Origin: Nanobdellota archaeon
Lineage (GTDB): Archaea; Nanobdellota; Nanobdellia; SCGC-AAA011-G17; GW2011-AR20
Assembly: GCA_038045885.1 (NCBI GenBank)
Contig: JBBSXG010000025.1
Location: forward strand, 1 to 32,180
Length of the DNA: 32,180 nucleotides
Reading direction: 5' to 3'
This document shows positions 25,370 to 32,180 of the stretch, piece by piece. A model generated the notes under the pieces. That model searched no databases, was not told where the DNA came from, and worked only from the letters and a program-made list of their open reading frames with translations. Both the position numbers and the translations under genes were made by a program. Positions within the stretch are counted from its first letter, which is position 1; each line of letters starts with the position of its first letter.

Positions 25370-27291
25370 TTAACCCGTTTAAATCAAAATATGAAGGAAG
25401 TCTAGACTCGAGTTCTGTTCCACAATATGCTCTAGGAGCTCCGACTAGTCCTCAGACAGCAAATCAGATAGCAGAAGCAACAGCAAGATTAAATGCAGGA
25501 GTTTTTGGAGTTGATTTAGCATTAATTGATGAAAGATTATTTGAACAAATTCCTAAACAGCATTTTAAGGAGATTGAAAGGTTAATGACATTAACTGGAG
25601 CAAAGGCAACTATCCACGGTCCTATTATAGATTTAGCAGGATTTTCACAGCAAGGATGGCAGGAAGAAAGCAGAAGAGAAAATGAAAGCAAAATGAAATA
25701 TTATATGGATATGGCTCATGAAGTTGATAGCAAAGGAAATACCCCTTTAAATTTTCATATTAATACGGCAATGATTGGAGAACAAAAAAGAAAATTAAGC
25801 AACGATGAATACAAAAGTTTAAGCGAAGAAGAAAGAGAAACTGTTAAAGAAATTTTTAACCCACTAACTCATAGAAAAGAGTATGAAGTTGTCGAGGTTG
25901 TAGGAGCAGTTGATAGAGAAACTGGACAGATAGCTCCACTAAAACGTGAGATAAAGCAATATCCTGGAAGAGTTAAAGTCTGGGAGCCTTATGAGAGATT
26001 AGACAATTTAAATCAGACACAATGGGATCAGGAAAGATTAAAAATATTTCAATTACAACAGCAAAAAGCAGAGATCATGGATAGAATTGTAAATTTAGAA
26101 AGACAAGCACATCCTCTAAGAGTTGGAGAAGAAAAAGGAGTTTTGTCTACAGATGAAACTAGAATGTTACAAAATATAGACAAAAATAAGAATTTATGGA
26201 TTTCTCACATTAATGAATTAAATCAACATATTTATACTGGACTAAATGAAGTTTATAATAATCTACAGTATTATACAGAAAAAGAAGATAAAGAAAAAGC
26301 TATAAAATTGAGAAAAAGTATAGATAAAGGTTATAAAGATTATGATAAAAGATTTAGTGAACTTGTTGATAAATCGCATAAACAAAAACTAACAGAGGCA
26401 GAGGGTTATGAAGCCAGTAATATGGGAGATTTACAATATAGAGAATTACAGCTTTCTTTAGATAAAGTTGGAAACCCTCAACACAAAAAAGACAAAGATT
26501 ATTTGCCTGCACCCCAAAAATATATTCCTACAAATCAACTTGCGTTAGAAAAAACAGCTGAAACAGTTGCGAATGTTGTTTTTGATTCTTATAATAAGTA
26601 TAAAAATAATTCTCCAATATTATTACTAGAGAATTTATCGCCTGAAGGAACCTTAGGAAGTGCACAGGATTTAGTTAACTCAGTTGAAGAATCAAGAAAG
26701 AAATTAATTCGTAAATTAATGAAAGAAAAAGGTTTAGATGAAGATAAAGCCAAAGATGTTGCAGAAAAATTAATTGGAGTAACATGGGATGTGGGTCATA
26801 TTAATTTCATGAGAAAACATGGATATTCAGAAGCAGATGTTTTACGAGAAACCGAAAAAATTTCTCCTTATGTTAAACAAGTTCACATTACAGATAACTT
26901 TGGATTTAATGATGCTCACTTGCCTCCTGGAATGGGAAATGCTCCTATCAAAGAAGAAATGGAATTAATTGCTAAGGAAATGAGAAAAAAGGGGTTAGAT
27001 TTTAAGAAAGGGAGTGTAATTGTAGAAGCTGGATCATTTGTAGGACAATTTAAAGAAAATCCTCATCCATATGCACTAGAATATTTTGAATCGCCATTAT
27101 ACACTTACAAAAACATGCCTGTGTGGAAGGATGTATGGGAAACAGAAGGAAGTTATGGATTAGGATATGGACAAATATTGCCAGAACAACATTTTGGAAT
27201 GTATGGAGCAGGATTTTCAAATCTTCCAACAGATCTTGGAGGGCCGATTAGTCAAGATAGATCGAGATTTGCAGGAACTCCAAACGCATAA
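25366..27291 (+). CDS. endonuclease IV / xylose-isomerase-like TIM-barrel protein interrupted by a ~250-aa charged insertion, with a Gly/Tyr-rich tail
   Basis: Ordered blocks are ATIHGPIIDLAG, LNFHINTA, [insertion aa ~140-390], ILLLENLS, GVTWDVGHINF, VKQVHITDN, NDAHLPPGMGN and VIVEAG. They parallel the metal-ligand strands of AP_endonuc_2-fold enzymes. Confidence 0.68.
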   Translation: MINPFKSKYEGSLDSSSVPQYALGAPTSPQTANQIAEATARLNAGVFGVDLALIDERLFEQIPKQHFKEIERLMTLTGAKATIHGPIIDLAGFSQQGWQEESRRENESKMKYYMDMAHEVDSKGNTPLNFHINTAMIGEQKRKLSNDEYKSLSEEERETVKEIFNPLTHRKEYEVVEVVGAVDRETGQIAPLKREIKQYPGRVKVWEPYERLDNLNQTQWDQERLKIFQLQQQKAEIMDRIVNLERQAHPLRVGEEKGVLSTDETRMLQNIDKNKNLWISHINELNQHIYTGLNEVYNNLQYYTEKEDKEKAIKLRKSIDKGYKDYDKRFSELVDKSHKQKLTEAEGYEASNMGDLQYRELQLSLDKVGNPQHKKDKDYLPAPQKYIPTNQLALEKTAETVANVVFDSYNKYKNNSPILLLENLSPEGTLGSAQDLVNSVEESRKKLIRKLMKEKGLDEDKAKDVAEKLIGVTWDVGHINFMRKHGYSEADVLRETEKISPYVKQVHITDNFGFNDAHLPPGMGNAPIKEEMELIAKEMRKKGLDFKKGSVIVEAGSFVGQFKENPHPYALEYFESPLYTYKNMPVWKDVWETEGSYGLGYGQILPEQHFGMYGAGFSNLPTDLGGPISQDRSRFAGTPNA

Positions 27292-27333
27292 TTTAAATAC
27301 TAAATAAAATTCGTAAAACAAAAGAGGTTGATA

Positions 27334-28131
27334 ATGTTGAAACAAGTTGTTAATAAAAAAGAGCTTACAAAAGATTATGATATTGCTTATGATTTCTCAA
27401 CTAAAGTTTATGAAAAATTTAAAGATGTTATCAAAAGCATAGTTCTATTTGGAAGCACTGCAAAAGAAACTCAGCAGCATAGATCAGATATTGACATTAT
27501 AATTATCGTAGATGATGCAACAATTCAATGGACTCAGGAGCTTGTAGCTTGGTACAGGCAGGAACTAGCAAGATTAACAGCTTCTTTAAGATATCCAAAA
27601 AAATTGCATGTTAATACAGTTACATTAACAACATTTTGGAATGAAGCTATTGTTGGGGAGCCTGTAGTAATTAATGTCTTAAGATATGGAATAGCTTTAA
27701 TTGATTTTGGCGGATTTTTTGAACCATTAAAAGTATTATTAGCTAGAGGAAGAATAAAGCCAACTCCAGAAGCGATCTATAACGCTTTAACTAGAAGTCC
27801 AATTCACCTGTCTAGAGCAAATATGTACTTATTAGGAGCAATAGATGCAGTATATTGGAGCATGGTTGATAGCGCACATGCAGCATTAATGTCAGCAAAA
27901 CAAGTTCCACCAAGTCCAGAGCATATTTCTTCGTTATTAAAACAATCTTTTGTAAAGAAAGGAATGTTAAATTCTAAATTTGTAGATTGGTATGAAGAAC
28001 TTTATGCATTAGCTCACCATATTACACATGGAGAAGTTAAACGAGTTACAGGAAGAAATATTGAATTGTATATGGACAGGGCAGATAAGTTTATCGGAGA
28101 AATGGCTAATATAATAAAACAATTAGAATAA
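27334..28131 (+). CDS. nucleotidyltransferase-domain protein with a C-terminal helical (degenerate HEPN-like) domain
   Basis: VLFGSTAKETQQHRSDIDIIIIVDD carries the GS...DxD minimal NTase motif. The C-terminal half is helical and lacks a clear Rx4-6H. I prefer the ATG at 27334, with AGAGGT ~8 nt upstream. Confidence 0.68.
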   Translation: MLKQVVNKKELTKDYDIAYDFSTKVYEKFKDVIKSIVLFGSTAKETQQHRSDIDIIIIVDDATIQWTQELVAWYRQELARLTASLRYPKKLHVNTVTLTTFWNEAIVGEPVVINVLRYGIALIDFGGFFEPLKVLLARGRIKPTPEAIYNALTRSPIHLSRANMYLLGAIDAVYWSMVDSAHAALMSAKQVPPSPEHISSLLKQSFVKKGMLNSKFVDWYEELYALAHHITHGEVKRVTGRNIELYMDRADKFIGEMANIIKQLE

Positions 28132-28407
28132 CTAGAAACCAGATTGATATTTTAAGTTTTCATATTCCGTATTTAATTTACGATAAATAACCTCATCTAT
28201 TTTTTTATTCACAAATTGATAGTGTAATTCTTTAAATAAGAAATCTAAATTGTCTAAAATATGGGGTATTTTTTCTACTTCTCCTAATTCAGTTTCATTA
28301 TCTCTATCCAAAACTGTATCTTCTAAGCTAGATAAATCATTTCTTATATCACCAATTAATTTAGAAGCTTTTACCTCTTCTATATCTGGAATTATTTGTT
28401 CTGTCAT
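28132..28407 (-). CDS. hypothetical acidic protein (91 aa)
   Basis: Last gene of a three-gene minus-strand operon. Its stop abuts the stop of the convergent NTase gene. Confidence 0.5.
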   Translation of the reverse strand: MTEQIIPDIEEVKASKLIGDIRNDLSSLEDTVLDRDNETELGEVEKIPHILDNLDFLFKELHYQFVNKKIDEVIYRKLNTEYENLKYQSGF

Positions 28408-28429
28408 TTTAGTTTAAAAAAATAAAAAA

Positions 28430-29164
28430 TTAAGAAGCTTTTTTCTCAGCTTCTTTTTGTTCTTTCTTGAATTCTTTTATCGCTTTTGTGTTTGAGTAGA
28501 TTACTGCAGCTTTGTCAATGTCCTTCATGAATTCTTTTACTTTCTTTTCATCAAGTTCGTAGCCTGTAACTTTCTTGTCTTTATCCTTGATTTCTTTCAT
28601 GAATTGACTTGCATACATTCTTGCATATAAGCTCTCATGTCTATTTCTGTAATCCCCAATGTTACCTCTAGCACTAAAGTTCATGCTTACGCCTAAGTCA
28701 TCTGCAGCATCTTCTTGAGCATATTCGTCTGCTTGTCCTTGACCTAGTTTAGGAGCATCATATAGTCCAGTTAAATAAGTTGCTAGTTTAGCAGCTGCTT
28801 CAGCACCATTTTTGACGCCTTTTAATTCTCCTTTCATTTCTGAAACAACTTCTTCTAGTATCTTTTCTTTATCTCCTCCATTATAGAGGGGTTGTGTTTC
28901 ATTGATTTTATCTTGCTTATTTTCTAAAGCATATCTAACTGCTTCTTCCGGACTTACCCTAATATCTCCATAAGCTTCCTTATATCGTCTATTACGCAAT
29001 GCAGGATCTTGAATTTCAGAGGCAGCTAATCCAGCTAAATTTTTATATAATTGATAACGTTCTGTATTACTACTAGATTTTTCTAAACCTCTAGATAAAC
29101 GAGTATAAGCTCCTATTTGTAATAATCTCTCCTCTAACTTTGGTTGATTTTGTTCTTGTATCAT
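28430..29164 (-). CDS. hypothetical 244-aa Ala/Gly/Lys/Glu-rich soluble protein
   Basis: GGAGG sits 9 nt upstream of the ATG. The composition is visibly different from neighbouring genes (more GC-rich codons). No TM segment or known motif. Confidence 0.65.
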   Translation of the reverse strand: MIQEQNQPKLEERLLQIGAYTRLSRGLEKSSSNTERYQLYKNLAGLAASEIQDPALRNRRYKEAYGDIRVSPEEAVRYALENKQDKINETQPLYNGGDKEKILEEVVSEMKGELKGVKNGAEAAAKLATYLTGLYDAPKLGQGQADEYAQEDAADDLGVSMNFSARGNIGDYRNRHESLYARMYASQFMKEIKDKDKKVTGYELDEKKVKEFMKDIDKAAVIYSNTKAIKEFKKEQKEAEKKAS

Positions 29165-29181
29165 TTTAATTTCCTCCTTTA

Positions 29182-29394
29182 TTAATCGTAAAAATCTTGT
29201 CTAAATACTTCAATAAAATCAGGGTTTATAACATCGGTTCTAAATGAATATGCGAAACCATCTGGTCCTATAATTGAAGTAAATTTTGTATTATCATCTC
29301 CAATAGCTTTTTCTAAGTTTTGGATTACTAGAAATTTTATTCTTTTGTCTAAGTCTCCAAATTTCTCTTGAATTTGATAAGTTGTGATTGTCAT
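29182..29394 (-). CDS. hypothetical protein (70 aa)
   Basis: First ORF of the operon, with TTTATATA ~60-70 nt upstream on the minus strand. Confidence 0.5.
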   Translation of the reverse strand: MTITTYQIQEKFGDLDKRIKFLVIQNLEKAIGDDNTKFTSIIGPDGFAYSFRTDVINPDFIEVFRQDFYD

Positions 29395-29544
29395 TTTATG
29401 ATCTTTAAATTCAACCTCCTCTATCTTAATTATTGTTACTTTTAAGTAGCTATATTAGTATATAAACCTTTCGTTTCAAGTTTTTTGATAAAATTTATAT
29501 ATTAATTAAGTTAAATAACCTAATAAATTCAAAGAGGTGAAAAA

Positions 29545-29685
29545 ATGGATCATAGTATAAAAATAAATACACAGTTAATGCAGGCTATTAAGGAAATTGT
29601 AGTAAAGACAAAGATGTTTCATGACGAGGAAGATTTCATTAATCAGGCTATATTAAAGCAAATTTCTAAATTCAGAGGAATATGA
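29545..29685 (+). CDS. small ribbon-helix-helix-like protein (46 aa), below the ORF-track cutoff
   Basis: Manual translation gives MDHSIKINTQLMQAIKEIVVKTKMFHDEEDFINQAILKQISKFRGI. AGAGGTG lies 7 nt upstream. The beta-strand (IKINTQL) plus two helices fits the RHH pattern. The stop overlaps the msrA start (ATATGA). Confidence 0.45.
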   Translation: MDHSIKINTQLMQAIKEIVVKTKMFHDEEDFINQAILKQISKFRGI

Positions 29686-30149
29686 AGCTGGAAAAAGCGT
29701 CATTTGCAGCAGGGTGTTTTTGGGGAGTGCAGGCTGCATTTGATAAAATTAAAGGAGTAATAAAAACAGTAGTTGGTTACACTGAAGGGGATTTTAAGAA
29801 TCCGAGTTATAAGAAAGTTTGTTCTGGCAAGACAGGACATGCTGAGGCTATTTTAATAGAGTTTAACCCAGAAATAGTTTCTTATGAAAAACTATTAGAA
29901 ATATTTTGGAAAATCCACGATCCTACAACGATAAATAGACAGGGTCCTGACGTAGGATCTCAGTATAGAAGTGCAATATTCTATTTTAACGACAAGCAAA
30001 GAATAAAAGCGTTAAATTCGAGAGATAAAGAAGCAAAAAAGTACAAGAATAAAATAGTTACTCAAATTGTCAAGACTAAAGAGTTTTACCCTGCAGAAGA
30101 TTATCATCAAAAATATTACCTAACCCATACGGTAGTTTGTCATATTTGA
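29682..30149 (+). CDS. msrA: peptide-methionine (S)-S-oxide reductase
   Basis: GCFWGVQ active-site motif, GHAEAI, QGPDVGSQYRS and DYHQKY. Confidence 0.93.
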   Translation: MKLEKASFAAGCFWGVQAAFDKIKGVIKTVVGYTEGDFKNPSYKKVCSGKTGHAEAILIEFNPEIVSYEKLLEIFWKIHDPTTINRQGPDVGSQYRSAIFYFNDKQRIKALNSRDKEAKKYKNKIVTQIVKTKEFYPAEDYHQKYYLTHTVVCHI

Positions 30150-30383
30150 GCTAAATTATAGTGTCAAAATAATATTTATTATCTCTCCTTTTTTATATAT
30201 ATGATATAGTTTCAAGAGTTAATTACATATCCTCGAATTCCAATGTAATCTATTCCATTTCTTTTAAACTCGTCAAGTTATATTCTTTTAGATCTTCAAC
30301 ACTATCTAAAACAGGATGCTTTTCAGCAATTTTCTCTAAATCTGATTTTCTTAAATGAGCTGATTTTTTCATGTTAATTAAAA

Positions 30384-30496
30384 CGCCAAGGCAGGGATTT
30401 GAACCCCGACATCCTTGCGGAAACAAGCTCTCTATATCTGGTTTCCAGGTTCGCATTCTAGGAATCTTGCGCGATACCAGATTACGCGACCTTGGC
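30384..30496 (-). tRNA. tRNA-Ser(GGA), type II (long variable arm), with two predicted introns (30450-30465 and 30430-30442); no encoded CCA
   Basis: Acceptor GCCAAGG/CCTTGGC with discriminator G; D-arm GCG-TAATCTGGTAT-CGC; T-arm CGGGG-TTCAAAT-CCCTG; variable arm TCC-GCAA-GGA. Removing the two inserts gives a perfect anticodon arm CAAGC-CTGGAAA-GCTTG. It lies downstream of tuf-rps10, where I recall a tRNA-Ser in other archaea. Confidence 0.8.
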
Positions 30497-30533
30497 TTGA
30501 AAAATAAATATTATTAACTGTATTTAAAATTAT

Positions 30534-30842
30534 TTATTCGACAACTTCTATAGAAATCATTATGCTTTCTGGTATTGGAACTCTCATTATTAATCTTAGA
30601 GCTCTTTCATTAGCATCTAAATCAATTAATCTTTTATGAACTCTCATCTCAAGCCTGTCCCAAGAAGCTTTTCCTCTTCCGCCAGGACTCTTTCTAGTAG
30701 TCAATTTTAATCTTCTAGTGGGCATTGGAATAGGCCCATAAATTTTAGTTTTTGTTTTATCAGCAATGTCCAATATAGATTTAGTTATTTCGTTAAGATC
30801 ATCTATAACATTTGTTGCTAATTTAATTCTTGTTTTTGGCAT
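30534..30842 (-). CDS. rps10: 30S ribosomal protein S10
   Basis: RIKL....DL......I......K....GPIPMPTRRLKLTTRKSPGGRGKASWDRLEMRVHKRLIDL. Confidence 0.93.
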   Translation of the reverse strand: MPKTRIKLATNVIDDLNEITKSILDIADKTKTKIYGPIPMPTRRLKLTTRKSPGGRGKASWDRLEMRVHKRLIDLDANERALRLIMRVPIPESIMISIEVVE

Positions 30843-31122
30843 AAAGTTCTAGTAAATTAAGGGTTTATAAAATTATTTAATTAATAGGCTTTGCACATCA
30901 ATTAGTCCTCTAATCGTGCAAAATACATCTCTGCACAATTTTTAAAGTCAATTTTTATTCCTAATTCAAAGCTTTCCTGAACAAGAACAGTTAAGTTATG
31001 ACACAAACATTTATATTATTAATAATGGGTAAAATTAAATTAGAGGTATATGTTTGTGAACGTTGTGGACATAAATGGATTCAAAGATAGAATAAAATTA
31101 TTGAAAATAAAAAGAATAAAAA

Positions 31123-32180
31123 TTACATTGATTTCTTTACGTAATCAATGCACATTCCAGCTGCTACAGTGCTCCCAGCATCTCTTATAGCAAATCTTGC
31201 CATATGGGGAATATCCGATTGCTTTTCAATTACTAATGGTTTTGCTGGTCTTACTTTAACTATTGCAGCGTCCCCATTCTTTAACATATCTGGTTTTTCT
31301 TGTAAAGTTTGTCCTGTTGCAGGATCTAATTTTCTTACTAACTCAGTTATCGCACATGCTACTTGTGCGGTGTGGATGTGGAATACTGGTGTATAACCAA
31401 CAGTCATAACAGTTGGGTGATTCAACACAACAATTTGAGCTGTAAATTCAGATACAACTGTAGGGGGATTTGATTCATGTCCTAAGACGTCTCCTCTTGC
31501 AATATCTTTCTTTTGGATTCCTCTTACTGAAAATCCAATGTTATCTCCTGGCTCTGCTTGCTGTATTTGCTCATGATGCATTTCGATGCTTCTTACTTCT
31601 CCAACTACTCCTTTACCTTCTCTTGCTGGAACAACTACAACTTTATCTCCAATCTTCATTATTCCAGTTTCAACTCTTCCTACAGGAACAGTTCCTATTC
31701 CAGTGATGTTGTAAACATCCTGTAATGGAAGTCTTAAAGGTAAGTTTGTTGGTTTTTCAGGTTCCTTGAATAAATCTAATTGCTCTAATAAGCAAGGTCC
31801 ATTATACCAGGGAATTTGTGCACTTTTCTTTATAATATTTTCTCCCTTTAATGAACTTAAAGGAATAAAATTAGTTTGATCTGGTTTGTATCCAACCATT
31901 TTCAAAACTTGTGAAACTTGAGCTTTAACTTCTTCAAATTTCTTTTGATCATAATTGACCATGTCCATTTTGTTAACTGCAACTGCTAATTGGCCTACTC
32001 CTAAAGTCTTGCATAACCAAATATGTTCTTTAGTCTGTGCCATAACCCCATCAGAAGCAGCAACAACTAAAATCCCACAATCAGCTTGTGAAGCACCTGT
32101 AATCATATTTTTAATAAAATCTTTGTGAGCAAGGGCATCAATAATAGTAAAATCATATTTTGGAGTTGTGAATTTCTTAT
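31123..32180 (-). CDS. tuf: translation elongation factor EF-1 alpha, 5'-truncated by the window edge
   Basis: The frame stays open upstream of the tracked Met to nt 32180 (..[27 protein letters not shown]). NKMD is present, and domains II/III are highly conserved ([16 protein letters not shown]). Confidence 0.95.
   Translation of the reverse strand, partial: KKFTTPKYDFTIIDALAHKDFIKNMITGASQADCGILVVAASDGVMAQTKEHIWLCKTLGVGQLAVAVNKMDMVNYDQKKFEEVKAQVSQVLKMVGYKPDQTNFIPLSSLKGENIIKKSAQIPWYNGPCLLEQLDLFKEPEKPTNLPLRLPLQDVYNITGIGTVPVGRVETGIMKIGDKVVVVPAREGKGVVGEVRSIEMHHEQIQQAEPGDNIGFSVRGIQKKDIARGDVLGHESNPPTVVSEFTAQIVVLNHPTVMTVGYTPVFHIHTAQVACAITELVRKLDPATGQTLQEKPDMLKNGDAAIVKVRPAKPLVIEKQSDIPHMARFAIRDAGSTVAAGMCIDYVKKSM

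Noticed and set aside
24807-25691. Minus-strand ORFs 24807-25112 and 25464-25691
   Set aside because: They are antisense shadows within the 209-aa and 641-aa genes.
30250-30456. 68-aa minus-strand ORF overlapping the tRNA
   Set aside because: Its N-terminal third is simply the tRNA gene read as protein. A shorter 40-aa version from the ATG at 30372 (MKKSAHLRKSDLEKIAEKHPVLDSVEDLKEYNLTSLKEME) cannot be excluded but has no SD, so it is not reported as a feature.
30384-30496. Alternative reading of the tRNA as tRNA-Arg(CCU) with a single canonical intron (loop UUCCUAG)
   Set aside because: That reading leaves an A.G mismatch closing the anticodon stem, and a type II variable arm would be unexpected for an Arg tRNA. 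It also ignores the exact BHB motif that predicts the 31/32 intron. The two-intron Ser(GGA) model gives a perfect arm and fits the tuf-rps10-tRNA-Ser synteny.
23203-30496. Integrated virus or plasmid using the tRNA-Ser as attachment site
   Set aside because: I could find no integrase or recombinase, no capsid or packaging signatures, and no direct repeat of the tRNA 3' end by eye. The idea stays open only as a whole-genome comparison question.
31148-31706. Plus-strand ORFs 31148-31396 and 31470-31706 inside tuf
   Set aside because: They are antisense shadows of EF-1 alpha.
1-32180. CRISPR arrays, rRNA genes and additional tRNAs
   Set aside because: I saw no regularly spaced direct repeats and no long GC-rich structured stretch. 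No second T-loop-type GGTTCRAATCC signature appeared on either strand.

Overview
The window is a gene-dense, visibly AT-rich segment (GC not computed) from an archaeon. The small proteins, Shine-Dalgarno use and bacterial-type accessory genes suggest a DPANN-type lineage, but that is inference only. About a third is recognisable housekeeping, mostly translation: gyrA (5'-truncated), aIF2-gamma, S6e, aIF5B, the L7Ae-S28e-L24e operon, GluRS, MsrA, and EF-1alpha (5'-truncated)-S10-tRNA-Ser. The rest is accessory or unrecognisable. It includes an AbiEii/AbiEi-like toxin-antitoxin pair in inverted order with a palindromic operator, and a secreted beta-propeller protein. An M50 protease sits between a DDE-transposase remnant and decayed gene fragments. 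There is an AbrB-PhoU regulator next to a maltokinase-like kinase, and two small acidic Trp-containing micro-ORFs. A seven-gene operon carries a SepF-like protein, a helical-repeat protein, a NIP7/PUA-like protein and a PIN-like protein, and there is a miniaturised LspA. The best candidate for an undescribed system is 23203-29394. It holds a co-directional cluster of a 501-aa helical protein, a 209-aa Q-rich protein, an endonuclease-IV/xylose-isomerase-like TIM barrel split by a ~250-aa insertion, and an NTase. That cluster converges on a three-gene operon of orphan proteins. The tRNA at 30384-30496 reads best as tRNA-Ser(GGA) with two short introns, one of which sits in a textbook bulge-helix-bulge motif. 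I saw no rRNA, CRISPR array or intact mobile element. All homology calls come from motif recognition by eye; no searches were run.
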